Assembly (NCBI GenBank): GCA_965218095.1
Contig: OZ244587.1
Span: 3,872,001-3,936,000 of the forward strand
Reading direction: 5' to 3'
Length of the DNA: 64,000 bases
Origin: Candidatus Poribacteria bacterium
Lineage (GTDB): Bacteria > Poribacteria > WGA-4E > PCPOR2b
Under the pieces are notes generated by a model. That model saw nothing but the letters and a program-made list of their open reading frames with translations. It made no database searches and was not told the DNA's origin. Positions 41,826-52,791 of the stretch are shown piece after piece. The number at the start of each line of letters is the position of its first letter. Within the stretch, counting starts at the first letter, position 1. The position numbers and the translations under genes are program-made.

Positions 41826-42896
41826 TTATCGACCCACGATAAAATCTTCGACCATTTCCCTCGCTTCGGCGTCCGCATACTGATGCGGCGGGGACTTCAT
41901 AAAGTAAGCGCTTGGCCCATAAAGCGCGCCGCCGATGCCGCGGTCTCGGGCAATCTTGCAGCAGCGAATTGCGTCAATTGCGACGCCCGCCGAGTTTGGT
42001 GAATCCCAAACCTCTAATTTCACTTCAGCCCTTACGGGGACATCCCCAAATTCCGTCCCTTCGAGGTAGAGATAACACCACTTCCGATCTTCGAGCCAGG
42101 GGATGTAATCGCTGGGACCGATATAGACGTTTTTGGGCGACATTTCATGGTTCAACTGAGAAACGACGGCATCCGTCTTGGAGATTCGTTTGGATTCCAA
42201 CCGCTCTTTCTCCAGCATATTTTTGAAATCCATGTTTCCACCAACGTTCAATTGAGATGTGCGTTCAAGTTTCAAACCGCGGTCACTCATCAGTTTTGCC
42301 AGGGCACGGTGAACGATGGTCGCGCCGAATTGCGCCTTAATATCATCCCCAACGATGGGTAAGCCCGCCGCTTCAAACTTCGCACGCCACTGATCGTTTT
42401 TTGCGATAAAAACTGGCATGCAGTTCACGACAGCACAACCGGCGTCCAACGCCTGCGCAACGTACCATTTCGTCGCTTCCTCGCTGCCGACAGGCAGATA
42501 GTTGACGAGAATATCAGCCTGGCTTTCACGCAGGACAGCAGCCACATCAATGACTTCAGCCTTCGACTCCTTGACCGTTTCATGGTAGTATTTGGCGAAC
42601 CCATCCATCGTGGGACCACGCTGGACAGTCACGCCGGTCTTCGGCACATCCGAGAATTTAATGGTGTTGTTAATTTCAGTAAAGATTGCATCAGCAACAT
42701 CAAGCCCGACTTTGTTGCTATCAACATCAAAAGCCGCAACGACCTTGACATCACTGACACGGTAAGGCCCCAGTTTAATGTGCATGAGACCGGGAACGAA
42801 TTCACCCGCTTTCGCAGCTCGATAATAATGAACACCTTGAATCAAAGAAGATGCACAGTTTCCCACACCAACAATAGCAATGCGAATTTCAGACAT
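41826..42896 (-). CDS. ino1: myo-inositol-1-phosphate synthase
   Basis: [47 protein letters not shown] and YFMKSPP motifs. Confidence 0.96.
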   Translation of the reverse strand: MSEIRIAIVGVGNCASSLIQGVHYYRAAKAGEFVPGLMHIKLGPYRVSDVKVVAAFDVDSNKVGLDVADAIFTEINNTIKFSDVPKTGVTVQRGPTMDGFAKYYHETVKESKAEVIDVAAVLRESQADILVNYLPVGSEEATKWYVAQALDAGCAVVNCMPVFIAKNDQWRAKFEAAGLPIVGDDIKAQFGATIVHRALAKLMSDRGLKLERTSQLNVGGNMDFKNMLEKERLESKRISKTDAVVSQLNHEMSPKNVYIGPSDYIPWLEDRKWCYLYLEGTEFGDVPVRAEVKLEVWDSPNSAGVAIDAIRCCKIARDRGIGGALYGPSAYFMKSPPHQYADAEAREMVEDFIVGR

Positions 42897-43192
42897 TATC
42901 AATCCTCCTGTTCTATACATTTTTGTGCGAACTCATTGCAGGTAGTTTCTTGGAAGTCTAATAGAGCGCAGCGAAGAATCTCCTCGTTAAGGTGCAAGAG
43001 ATCCTTCATTTTGAGGTGCCAACGGTAATTTAGACCACAAATAAGCAAAGTTAAACCAAGTGTTGTTGCTCAAATTCAAACGGCGTCAAATAGCCTAACG
43101 CCGAGTGAGGTCTTTTCTGGTTATAAACTTGTACAATAAAATGACCGATTCGCGCTCGGGCATCCATTATATCATCGTAGTCATTGAGATAC

Positions 43193-44505
43193 TGAACTTA
43201 CCCCCATCCTTTAGACAGAAATGAATGAGATTTAAGATAGACAATCTGACCAACTCGGTCAAGTGTAAACGCCTGAAATCACTGGAAATACACCCCGTGG
43301 GGTGTTCGATAGTCGAGCAATTGATGAAACCGCTGTTGATTGTAAAAGGTGAAATAGTCTCTCAATCAACGCCAAGTAGTGGTAACTGAGTCATAGTTGT
43401 TGAGATAGACCTCCTCATACTTCACACTCCGCCAGAGCCGCTCAATGAAGATGTTGTCAAAAACTCTGCCTCTGCCGTCCCAACTGATGGCAATCTGAAC
43501 CGCTTCAAGTCGAGCTGTAAAAGCATCAGAAGTAAATTGACTGCCTTGGTCGTTGTTGAATATCAAGAGGCTCGATTGGGTAAGTGCCCGTTCGAGAGCC
43601 GACAGACAAAAGCATACGTCTAGTGAGTTTGAAAGTTCCCACGACAACACGTAACGGGAAAACCAATCCATAACCGCTACCAGATAAACAAAACCATGAC
43701 TCAAGCGAATATAGGTTATATCCGTTGCCCAGACCGGGTTCGGTCTGATGATACTTAATCCCTTCAGTAGATAGGGATACATCTTCGACGGTTTGGCTAT
43801 ACCCGAGGGCTTGGGCTTCGGATAGATGGCAGCCAATCCCATCTTTCGCATCAACCGAGCCACCCGTTTCCGATTGACGACATGCCCTTGGGAACGAAGC
43901 CATACAGTCAATCGAGGGACTCCATAGAACGGCGTCTGGGTGTATTGCTCATCTATCAAACGCATATAGAGCAGATTGTGTGGCGACTCGCCTACAGGTC
44001 GGTAATAGAACGAGGCACAAACCCAGCAGTTCGCATTGTCTGACAACTGACGGTGAACGGCACGTCTTTTCAATAGCTGTCGCTTCTGTTCAACGGAGTC
44101 GTTGCGTTTTTTTGAAGCCAGTCGAGTTCCACCTTCAACTGTCCGATTTGGCGATAGAGTTCAGCTACTAGCTGTTCGTTGTCGGGAGCTGCTTTTGAGC
44201 GTCCATTTGTAAAGAGTTGCGGTAATTCTTCAACCACCTGCTTTTTCCATTGGCTGGCTTGAGTCGGGTAGACCCCATATTCACTGGCAATCTGAGTGAC
44301 GGTTTGTTGGTTTTTTATCGCCTCAATAGCCACCTGTGCTTTGAATCTGCCATCGTACTGTTTTCTGCTGTTTTCTGCGGGACATGGTATGAAAACTCCT
44401 TTCTTTTTCTTGGCGTTTCTAACCCATATTTTCGCACAGATGATGACCGGTTTGCCAGTCGGAAATCCACCTTAGTCAACTGTCTAGGTTTTGGGGGTAA
44501 TTATA
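43193..44505 (-). mobile_element. IS3-family element, degenerate
   Basis: Imperfect terminal repeats (TTACCCCCA..TAGACAG); orfA HTH (ELYRQIGQLKVELDWL); A7 shift site near 44107; orfB WATDITY, DQGSQF, ERLWRSVKYEEV; in-frame TGA at 43366. Confidence 0.9.
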
Positions 44506-44554
44506 CTCTAACCCCTTGAGCGATTATTAGACGTGCTATAGTCGTAAGGCGAAT

Positions 44555-45691
44555 TCAGTTGGTATCGTCCGGTTCTTCGTAATTAAACTCGACTTTACTT
44601 TGTTTAATGACCTCATCAAGAATACTCTGCAAATGACCTTCCTGCACTGTTTCATTAAAGCGATTTTTCAGAACAGGAATATTGATGACTTCTTCAACAC
44701 AATTCATGTATCTCCTGACTATAGCCGTTATAAGGTATTGTTTCTCTGCCCCCGCCTGAAGTTTTTGCCTGAGAACATTAACAGACTCTTCGGACTTGAT
44801 GACGAAGGATATGGGATAGTGTTTAATTTTATCGATATCCAAGAAGTATTTTCTTACGTCTAGGGTTTCTGTCACTTGAAAGAATCTGCCCAAGGGACGC
44901 ATAACAAAGTCTATACCGCCATCATTAGCATTGGTGCAGCCAGTTTTGTAGAGTTTGAGGTTTTCTTCCTCTACGCTCTCCAGATCGAAACCGAAATAAA
45001 CGGTTTGATTACTATAATAATACTTCAGGATGGCATAACTAACAATTTCAAAGATACGTGCGTCTGCATTTGGTCCGAGAAGATTTACAATAAATGCTTC
45101 TACATTTTCTTTACTTTCCCCCTCTATTCTTTTCAAACGTTCACATCTTTTCAAACGTTCACATGTTTGAATAAACGCCTCAAATGCACTCCGCTTCGTC
45201 TTGATATAGCGATCCACGATACTGATAATCGATCGTGCGATATTGTACGAATCACCCACAGCAGAAATTTTTAGGAGGTTTTCATTGATCCAATAACGCT
45301 TTGTTTCAACATCGCGTAAAATTGGAATATACTCGGTTTGTGGAAAATACTTCCCAAAATCGCTGTTCATGCGGTGGTTGAGTGCATGATTTTGCAGCTT
45401 GTTACCAAAGGGCAATTCTCTTTGACGCTTGAATAAGTCTGTAAATGTCGCCCCCTAATAATTTGAGTAGTCACCTTTTTCATCAAATCTGTGGTTGAGA
45501 TAGTCTTCGATCAGTACATAGAGTGCGTAAAGATTCGCGAAGCTACCCCTTGCTTTTGACCCACGCGTTGCGGATCTGGTTTTGATGTTGAGGTACTGCA
45601 AGAATTCACTTTTCTCAAAAATATCTTCTGCTGCTTCACCAAAATCGGAGCGCAAAACAGCTTGAATTTGCTGCGTAAATTCGTGTTCCAT
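44555..45691 (-). pseudogene. Type II restriction endonuclease (NsiI/AvaIII-like) with a single in-frame TAG at 45455-45457
   Basis: GDYSNY*GATFTDLFKRQRELPFGNKLQNHALN joins the two ORFs in frame; NANDGGIDFVMRPLGRFFQVTE nuclease-like core; adjacent to the methyltransferase. Confidence 0.75.
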
Positions 45692-45718
45692 CTAGTTTCC
45701 CTCGAATAACCTGAGGGC

Positions 45719-46552
45719 CTAGGTTGGGTTTGCCTGCTCCTCATAGGAGCGAGGTTCTCGTTTCAATTCTTCCCCTCTATAATGTGTCATTATTTGAAGC
45801 CTTCTCAACCCAATTTTGACGTAATCTTCTTCTATCTCTATCCCAATTGATTGACGCCCCAATTTTTTCGCAACAAAAGATGTCGTAAATGTACCAGCAA
45901 AAGGGTCGAGAACGAGATCTCCGGGGTTTGAACTTGCGCGAACAATTCGTTCAAGTAGTGCAACAGGTTTCTGGGTCGGATGTTTTTCGTACTCATCCAT
46001 TCTGTAGCGGACACGCGGAAATTCCCAAACATTACCCGGAACTTTTCTCAAATTGTATTGCGTAGGGACTGGCTTTCGATAATCGATTAATTTACGCTTT
46101 GCCCCTGTCTTTGCCTCAACAAGGATGTCATCTGCGTTGAAAGTGTATTGCTGCTTATCTTTCACACAGAAAAGGATGGGTTCATATAGAGAACCATAAT
46201 ACTTTTTTGCTTGGACCCCCGAACTATTGTACGACCAAACAATACGAGAAAGGATACTAATTTTGTCCCGAAGGTAGATGTCAAAATAAGGCATATTCTG
46301 AGTGGCAGCCATGAGATAGAAACTACCTTTGTCTTTCAGTTTACGGAGGCAAAGGTCAATCCACTTGTAGCACCATTGGAGGTACACTTCTTCGGAAATC
46401 CACTTATCCTTTCTACCATTGAAGTTCTTACCGATGTTGTAGGGAGGGTCTGCAAAAATTAAGTCTACTGAACCATCAGGAATTTTGCTGGACAAGGCTT
46501 CAAGCATATCCCCCCAGATTATCAGATGATTACCCTTTTCCAAGGCTTCCAT
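45719..46552 (-). CDS. Adenine-specific DNA methyltransferase, beta class (YhdJ/M.AvaIII-like)
   Basis: DLIFADPPY (motif IV) precedes HPTQKP..DPFAG (motif I); SSGVQAKKYYGS and RVRYRMDEYE are typical of YhdJ. Confidence 0.92.
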   Translation of the reverse strand: MEALEKGNHLIIWGDMLEALSSKIPDGSVDLIFADPPYNIGKNFNGRKDKWISEEVYLQWCYKWIDLCLRKLKDKGSFYLMAATQNMPYFDIYLRDKISILSRIVWSYNSSGVQAKKYYGSLYEPILFCVKDKQQYTFNADDILVEAKTGAKRKLIDYRKPVPTQYNLRKVPGNVWEFPRVRYRMDEYEKHPTQKPVALLERIVRASSNPGDLVLDPFAGTFTTSFVAKKLGRQSIGIEIEEDYVKIGLRRLQIMTHYRGEELKREPRSYEEQANPT

Positions 46553-46577
46553 AACTCCCTCATTTTTGATTGAAGTC

Positions 46578-46784
46578 CTAGCCTCCCTGAGTCGCCCGAA
46601 TAATCTCGACTTCGCTTTCCGGTTGAATTTCCGTTTCCCCCCACCGTTTTCTGAGAACGACTTCTCGGTCAAGTGCAATAGCGATACCCGGCCGAGATGG
46701 GTCTATTTCCAGTTCCAAAAGCAACTGATGGAGTGTTAATCCCGGTGGAACTTCCTTGACTTCGCCGTTTACTTGGATATTCAT
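46578..46784 (-). CDS. thiS: Sulfur carrier protein
   Basis: 68 aa, MNIQVNGE..., C-terminal GG; follows thiO. Confidence 0.95.
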   Translation of the reverse strand: MNIQVNGEVKEVPPGLTLHQLLLELEIDPSRPGIAIALDREVVLRKRWGETEIQPESEVEIIRATQGG

Positions 46785-46799
46785 GTTCTTCCCCCGTGA

Positions 46800-47951
46800 T
46801 TACGAAAAACGAGACAGTTGAAAAGGCGCGATGACTTCCGAAGTTTTCCCTGTTAAGATGAGCGAAGCGATTTCACGGGCAGTGAGGGGTGTGAGCAAGA
46901 TGCCGTTGCGGTAATGTCCAGTGGCGATGATTAGATTTTCAACGACGCTTTTACCGAGAATGGGCGCGTTGTCCCGGCTTGCTGGGCGTAACCCCATCCA
47001 GGTCTCCATGATGGGGAGATCATAAATTCCCGGGACAGCTTCCCAGGCACCTCGCAGGAGTTCAAATAAACCACCGGCTGTCAGCCGTGTGTCGAACCCC
47101 ATCTCTTCGCTCGTCGCGCCGATCACGAGACGACCATCGTCCTTCGGCACCAGATAGACATCCGTCGGATATTTGGCTCGCGGGGCACGAATCACCTTTT
47201 GCAGAACAATTCCTTCCTCCATCTGCAACGCAAGCATCTGCCCCTTGACCGGACGGACGGGGGGACGCACGACTTCAGGTAATCCCTCAATATCATTCGA
47301 CCAACAACCCGCCGCAAGTACGATGACATCCGCCTCCTGCAATTCACTTTTGCGCCAAACGCCTCGCGCTCTTCCGCCTCGAATCTCAATTGTCTCAACG
47401 GGCACTTTTTCGTAAAGCGTCCCTCCCGCCTGCTGGTATGCTGCGATCAATGCGTTGACCATCGCCCGGTTGTCAACTTGATGGTCGTCCTGACTCCAAA
47501 TTGCAGCCGTAATTTTTGGAGAGAGCAAAGCCTCCATCTCACGCGCTTCTGCCCCAGTAAGCCACTCAACTTTCAGGTCTAAGAGTTGTTGAGACTCGTA
47601 GAGGTGTTCCAACTCACGTGCATCGTCTCGATCTACCCCGACGATGAGTGTCCCTTCCGTCCGATAACCCACGTTCATCTGGCTGTCTGCTTCTAACTCT
47701 GCGACCCACTCTGGATACATCCGACAACTGAGAACGCCCAATTGGAGGAGATCTCGCTCCTCAAAGTGAACTTCCGCGTGCGGCGCTAACATCCCCGCAG
47801 CCGCCCACGATGCCGCGCGTCCGGCTTGATCACGCTCATAGATCGAGACGACGCAACCCGCCTTCACCAGTTGCCAGCCGATACCCAGTCCGATTACCCC
47901 GCCGCCGACGATGATTACTCGTTTATTGGAATGTGGGTTGTGAATTTGCAT
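46800..47951 (-). CDS. thiO: Glycine oxidase
   Basis: GGGVIG, ASWAAAGMLAP, VRPVKGQ, GLRP and GHYRNGILL motifs. Confidence 0.95.
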   Translation of the reverse strand: MQIHNPHSNKRVIIVGGGVIGLGIGWQLVKAGCVVSIYERDQAGRAASWAAAGMLAPHAEVHFEERDLLQLGVLSCRMYPEWVAELEADSQMNVGYRTEGTLIVGVDRDDARELEHLYESQQLLDLKVEWLTGAEAREMEALLSPKITAAIWSQDDHQVDNRAMVNALIAAYQQAGGTLYEKVPVETIEIRGGRARGVWRKSELQEADVIVLAAGCWSNDIEGLPEVVRPPVRPVKGQMLALQMEEGIVLQKVIRAPRAKYPTDVYLVPKDDGRLVIGATSEEMGFDTRLTAGGLFELLRGAWEAVPGIYDLPIMETWMGLRPASRDNAPILGKSVVENLIIATGHYRNGILLTPLTAREIASLILTGKTSEVIAPFQLSRFS

Positions 47952-47969
47952 AGTCACAAAAGGATATTA

Positions 47970-48120
47970 GGGGCTTATGCCAATTCTGCTGAATGCTGAC
48001 GCTATGCGGTTTGTCGCGCAATTGTCCCGATCCATCCGAGTCATTGGGCCTCCCCGAAGAACGGTCGATGAATCGCCCGACTACGAACCAAACTAAAGCG
48101 TTATAAATTGACTATGGGTT
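47970..48120. repeat. REP/MITE-like element
   Basis: CGATGAATCGCCCGACT is shared with 55339-55355 and GTCGCGCAATT with 55304-55314. Confidence 0.5.
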
Positions 48121-48121
48121 G

Positions 48122-48547
48122 TTATCTTGCATCAGGTTCTCCAGAGAAACCCGCCATTCCACTCTGAGCAAAAAAGTGTAGGAGCTCATCAAATTCATGA
48201 TACAGGAAAAGTTTCTGTGAAATTCCCAGTAACGTCGTTGAGATATCCGATCCTTTCTTCGCAATTGTCACAATGGGTTTCCCTCTGGCGTGAGCGTAAC
48301 CCGCTTCGATGCCTAATCCAACCCCTTTTTTCGTTAAATCTACCACAATCAGATGACTCGAATCAATTTCATCAAATGTTTTCCGCATTAATGTCTCAGG
48401 GCTAAATTCCACTTGTCCCCATTTCTCAATGTCACGGGTTACACAGACTGTTTCAAAACCACTTTGCTCCAGGGCAGCGGAGATCTTTTCGATACATAGT
48501 CTGTTCTGCTGATCTTCACGGTATTTGATGGAGATAAAAGCTTTCAT
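48122..48547 (-). CDS. Nucleoside 2-deoxyribosyltransferase-like protein
   Basis: IDSSHLIVVDL..GVGLGIEAGYAHARGKPIV. Confidence 0.8.
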   Translation of the reverse strand: MKAFISIKYREDQQNRLCIEKISAALEQSGFETVCVTRDIEKWGQVEFSPETLMRKTFDEIDSSHLIVVDLTKKGVGLGIEAGYAHARGKPIVTIAKKGSDISTTLLGISQKLFLYHEFDELLHFFAQSGMAGFSGEPDAR

Positions 48548-48950
48548 GTGCTCAGATGGACTATTGATTGTTTGGGGAGAGCGCTCCGGAAATTTACTCC
48601 TACATTCGGAAACCAGTCGAGCATCATCATTTTTGGAATTTCGCATCTTTTGCTTATCCCAGATGTCCAGTTAAAAGTATACAGAAACGGATTGGGAAAA
48701 TCCAACGAATTTACAGGGTAAATACCATTGGTTACTATACTCGCTGAAGGTGAACACATTAGTTCTCGGCTTCATGTAATATATTATCGTCTACCACTGC
48801 TCGGCTTGTCAACTTGTATGACGTAAGTCAGAAATTTGCAAATGGACTGATGGCAGATCTGAAATTTTGGCAAATGTCCGCAATAGATTCAAAACGGCCC
48901 CATTGCGGCACTGAAAAAGGTCATAAATTGGGATTCTGCTGTTCCAACGT

Positions 48951-49036
48951 GTCATTCTGAGTGAAAGAAGAATTTCAGGATTTCGACATCCTTCACAAAG
49001 CCTGCTCTCGAACGCAATGAAGGGTTCAGGATGACA
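48951..49036. repeat. REP-like palindrome (GTCATTCTGAG...CAGGATGAC)
   Basis: Related to the core of the 18350 MITE and to 42964-43007. Confidence 0.6.
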
Positions 49037-49198
49037 AATCTGTGCTCATGCTGAGTGTACAGTAGGCTATCATAACAGAACCGAATCAATTCCACAACGA
49101 AAAAAGTGTTTTCTGTTTCAGAGGAAGAATAGGAGATTTCGTTGGGAAGCGACTCCAACGAGACTCACATTTTTTCACACCCACATAATATTGTAAGG

Positions 49199-49227
49199 TT
49201 GACTTGATGCGTTGTGTGTGCTACACT
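49199..49227 (+). promoter_or_regulatory. Sigma70-like promoter
   Basis: TTGACT-17 nt-TACACT with an extended -10 TG. Confidence 0.5.
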
Positions 49228-49396
49228 GCGTTAGTAGACTTTGAAGGTTGGTTCATTTTATCATCCGGCAGCCGGGAAGTTAGGAGACAATAAACGCATG
49301 ACGCATGGCTTCGTTTTATACCACCGGTAATTGCGTTTGTCGAGCTCAGCAGGGAGATAAAAGATGTTTCAGAAAATTGCATATTGACCACTTTTT

Positions 49397-50938
49397 ATGT
49401 TTTTTTCGGCAATCGTCATGCTCATGATCTCTGCCTGTAGCTCGGAAGATGGAGATGAGCGGATGGATGCAGAAAAACCTCAAGAGGAGGTTCTCGTCGA
49501 GCAGCCAAATCTTGACCTACAGTTGCAAAAAGAGCGCGAATCGGTCATGATGCAGCTTGGAAAAGGAGAGATGAGGGCACGTGAGGAAACGATTGATGCC
49601 CTCGTTGCGATTGGTGAGCTAGCAATTCCGGCGTTAATCAAGGCACTGGCGGACGGGAAAGGTCACATGGGCGGCGACGCCGGTGTCGTTCTCGCGGAAA
49701 TTGGCGAACCTGCCGTTCCTGCCTTGGTCGAAGCACTGCAGAACGGGGATGATTTCACCCGCCTCAACGCTTCGCTGGCGCTGGGCATCATGAGTGAGCA
49801 GACAAAGGGCGAGGCAACTAAAACTGCGGTGCCAGCTTTGGTCGCTGCGTTGAAAGATGAGAATCGCGGCGTTCGTATCCATGCGTTGATGATACTTGAT
49901 AGCATGGGCGAACACGCTGTAGATGCTGTGCCTGCATTGATTGAGGCGTGGGATGATCGGGAGATTCGCGTCAGTGTTGGATACGCACTAGCAGAAGTTG
50001 CCCTGCACGCGAGAGATCAGGTTGCGATTGCTGTACCGAAACTCATCGAAGGATTAAGCGATAAGGAACGAGTTCGCTTCGCGGCTTCCGATGCGTTGGT
50101 TGCAGTCGGCGACCCTGCTGTTCCGGCGTTGATACGACAGTTACGAGTTGACGATGCGGAGATGTGTCGGCAGGTCGTTTTCGTGTTGGGGCAGATTGGC
50201 GAGGGAGCCCGTGCGGCTATCCCTGACCTGATTGATCTCTTGCTAAATGAGCCGGATCTGCGCCCTGCGGTCGCCCCGGCGTTAGGTCGGATTGGTGACG
50301 AGGCCGCCGTGCCTGCGCTGATACAGATCTTGGAAAGTGGCGATGCCCGACTTCATTCCAATGTGATTGGAACGTTGGGCGCAATCGGTCCTCCCGCCAA
50401 ACCTCCTGTACCGCTGTTGATCGAGATCGTTGATGCAGAGAGGCATTGGCATGTCCGTCGTGAAGCGGTTATCGCGTTAGGGCAGATCGGTGCCCCGGCG
50501 GCAATCCCTGTGTTGATACAGTCACTGGTCGGGAAGTTACTGTTCAGTGTTGAATTCGAACTTCCACCGATTTTAAAAAAGCCCGTGATGCCAGCAGCAT
50601 TGCAACGGGAGTTTGAAAAGCATGGCATCAGCCCCTTCGGAATTGCGATGCTGACGCCAGGCAAGATGTGGCTGACAAAGGATAAGGAACGGGCATACCT
50701 TATTATCAAAGAAGAAGATCTGCTCAACGTTTATGAAGATATGGGTCAGGAAGTTCGCTCCGGTGCAGCTCACGCATTGGCTCAGATTGGCGAACCCGCT
50801 ATCCTAGCGTTGATTGAGGTTTTGAATCATCCGAACACCGTCGCTAGCGTTCAAGCGTCTGCCGCATTGAGAAAAATCGGCACACCTGAAGCCATCAAGG
50901 CGGCGGACGAATTTTGGGGAAATTTGGGAAAAAGATAA
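49397..50938 (+). CDS. HEAT-repeat lipoprotein
   Basis: Lipobox ISAC; about ten AVPALI..L..VR..AA.ALG.IG repeats; an upstream RBS-linked ATG at 49364 is cut off by an in-frame TGA. Confidence 0.85.
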   Translation: MFFSAIVMLMISACSSEDGDERMDAEKPQEEVLVEQPNLDLQLQKERESVMMQLGKGEMRAREETIDALVAIGELAIPALIKALADGKGHMGGDAGVVLAEIGEPAVPALVEALQNGDDFTRLNASLALGIMSEQTKGEATKTAVPALVAALKDENRGVRIHALMILDSMGEHAVDAVPALIEAWDDREIRVSVGYALAEVALHARDQVAIAVPKLIEGLSDKERVRFAASDALVAVGDPAVPALIRQLRVDDAEMCRQVVFVLGQIGEGARAAIPDLIDLLLNEPDLRPAVAPALGRIGDEAAVPALIQILESGDARLHSNVIGTLGAIGPPAKPPVPLLIEIVDAERHWHVRREAVIALGQIGAPAAIPVLIQSLVGKLLFSVEFELPPILKKPVMPAALQREFEKHGISPFGIAMLTPGKMWLTKDKERAYLIIKEEDLLNVYEDMGQEVRSGAAHALAQIGEPAILALIEVLNHPNTVASVQASAALRKIGTPEAIKAADEFWGNLGKR

Positions 50939-51072
50939 TGAGATGGTTCAAAAGTTAGTTTTTACGTTTTGAAAGGGTTGTAGCGATGTCCTTACGCTTG
51001 CCGGGGTAACCCTAGCCGAACACAAGTGTAGGATGTTTTCTCGAACTTAGTTACTCACAACGGAGGGCAACG

Positions 51073-52275
51073 ATGGAACAATTATATGACGAATTAAAAC
51101 CATCTCCCCGCGTACTGCTTGGCCCTGGTCCAAGTGAGGTCAACTCACGGGTGCTCAAGGCGATGACAACCCCGATGTTAGGCTACCTCGACAATGAGTT
51201 TATCCAAATCATGGACGAAACGGTCGAGCTCCTGCGTCGTGTCTTCGGCGCCCAAGATGCACTGGCATTTCCTGTCTCTGGGACTGGTACTTCGGGGATG
51301 GAAGCGGCGCTCTGCAATATTATCGAGCCGGGCGATCCGGTCATTGTGGGAATCAACGGCTACTTTGGCGGGCGGATTGTGAATATCGTCGAACGCTGCG
51401 GTGGTGTGGTGACACCTGTGGAGGCGCCATGGGGGAGAATCATCCCAGCCGAAAAAATTGCGGAAGCGCTCAAAAAAGTCAAAGCAAAGCTGGTTGCAGT
51501 GGTTCATGCCGAAACTTCAACGGGAATTCTCCAGCCGCTGGATGAGATTAGCCAAATCGTCCATGAAAGCGATGCGTTGTTTTTAACAGACTGCGTCACT
51601 TCGCTTGGGGGACAGCCCGTGGATCTAGATCGGCGGAAAATTGATGTTGCCTACAGCGGCACACAAAAATGTCTGGGGGGACCTCCGGGGCTGGCGCCAA
51701 TCAGTTTTAGTGATCGCGCTGCCGAAGTCATTCGGAGTCGCGAGACAAAGATCCAAAGTTTCTATTTTGACATGACTTTGCTCGAAAAGTATTGGGGCGG
51801 AGCATCGCGGAGTTATCACCACACTGTATCCATGACGTTAGTCTACGCCCTGCGCGAGTCGCTGCGCGTTGTGCTTGAGGAGGGCTTAGAAACACGATAC
51901 AAACGCCACGAACACAATGCCAGCGCACTCATCGCTGGGTTAGAGGGGTTAGGACTCAAGCCCGCTGCGCAAGCAGGCTTCCGTGCACCAATGCTAACGA
52001 CGGTGCTTATCCCCGATGGGGTTGATGATGCGATAATCCGAAAACGCCTAATCACTGACTACGGCATCGAAATCGGTGGCGGCTTAGGGATATTTCAAGG
52101 GAAAGCGTGGAGAATCGGTTTGATGGGAGAATCTTCAACCCAACGCAACGTCTTGCTGGTCTTGAGTGCTTTGGAAAAAACCCTCGTTGAGGCAGGATAC
52201 AAGGTTGAACCAGGTGCTGGCGTCGGTGCGGCATCACAGATCTATTCATCAAAGATGAAACGTAAAAATCGGTAA
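51073..52275 (+). CDS. Alanine-glyoxylate/serine-pyruvate aminotransferase (class V PLP)
   Basis: LLGPGPS, HAETSTG, DCVTSLGG, SGTQKCLGGPPG and WRIGLMG motifs. Confidence 0.95.
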   Translation: MEQLYDELKPSPRVLLGPGPSEVNSRVLKAMTTPMLGYLDNEFIQIMDETVELLRRVFGAQDALAFPVSGTGTSGMEAALCNIIEPGDPVIVGINGYFGGRIVNIVERCGGVVTPVEAPWGRIIPAEKIAEALKKVKAKLVAVVHAETSTGILQPLDEISQIVHESDALFLTDCVTSLGGQPVDLDRRKIDVAYSGTQKCLGGPPGLAPISFSDRAAEVIRSRETKIQSFYFDMTLLEKYWGGASRSYHHTVSMTLVYALRESLRVVLEEGLETRYKRHEHNASALIAGLEGLGLKPAAQAGFRAPMLTTVLIPDGVDDAIIRKRLITDYGIEIGGGLGIFQGKAWRIGLMGESSTQRNVLLVLSALEKTLVEAGYKVEPGAGVGAASQIYSSKMKRKNR

Positions 52276-52791
52276 TTGGGTAATTTCCCAACTTCCTGAT
52301 CTCCTTCTGATGCGTGAATACGTCTATTTTCAATTTGATGTGCCAAATATAACTTGACTTTGTTAAATTAAAAGAGAGCACCGGTAGATCCACTGGTGGC
52401 CTGCCCCCCTCAATCCTCCCAACTTTGGGGATTCAGGGGCGGACACCTTGGCGAAAAGCCTTGCTCGTTCCAAAGTTCCTGCTTCGGAACGCTGAGCCTG
52501 AAAGTAAAAACTACTCCAGCCAGGGACGCTTTTCGTAAATAGGCAGGCAATTCGATACAGGTTGTTCAGATAATAGGGCATATAAGGAACTGACCGCTTA
52601 GATAGACCGACACACGTAATAGGAATCAACCACATCACAATGAATACCAACGACAAAATTTCATCTCGTGGAGTGGGTGATAAAATCGGCTTTTAGGTTT
52701 GTGTATCTGGATTCATTTTTTCTGTAACCGCTTAGAGAATAGGATACGCGGTGCAAGGAAATCAAGAAAGCGTTCAAGTTGCTTTCGATTT

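Noticed and set aside
47958-48121. TPP riboswitch upstream of thiO
   Set aside because: No CUGAGA core on the coding strand; the region is a REP/MITE-like repeat shared with 55304-55355
49364-49396. Selenocysteine readthrough at the TGA near 49385 (also 20819 and 43366)
   Set aside because: The positions are not catalytic Cys sites and no SECIS-like hairpin was seen; ordinary nonsense mutations are more likely
52363-52700. 97-aa minus-strand ORF as a gene
   Set aside because: It looks like a membrane-protein remnant running into a REP-like palindrome (52404-52440); no family could be assigned
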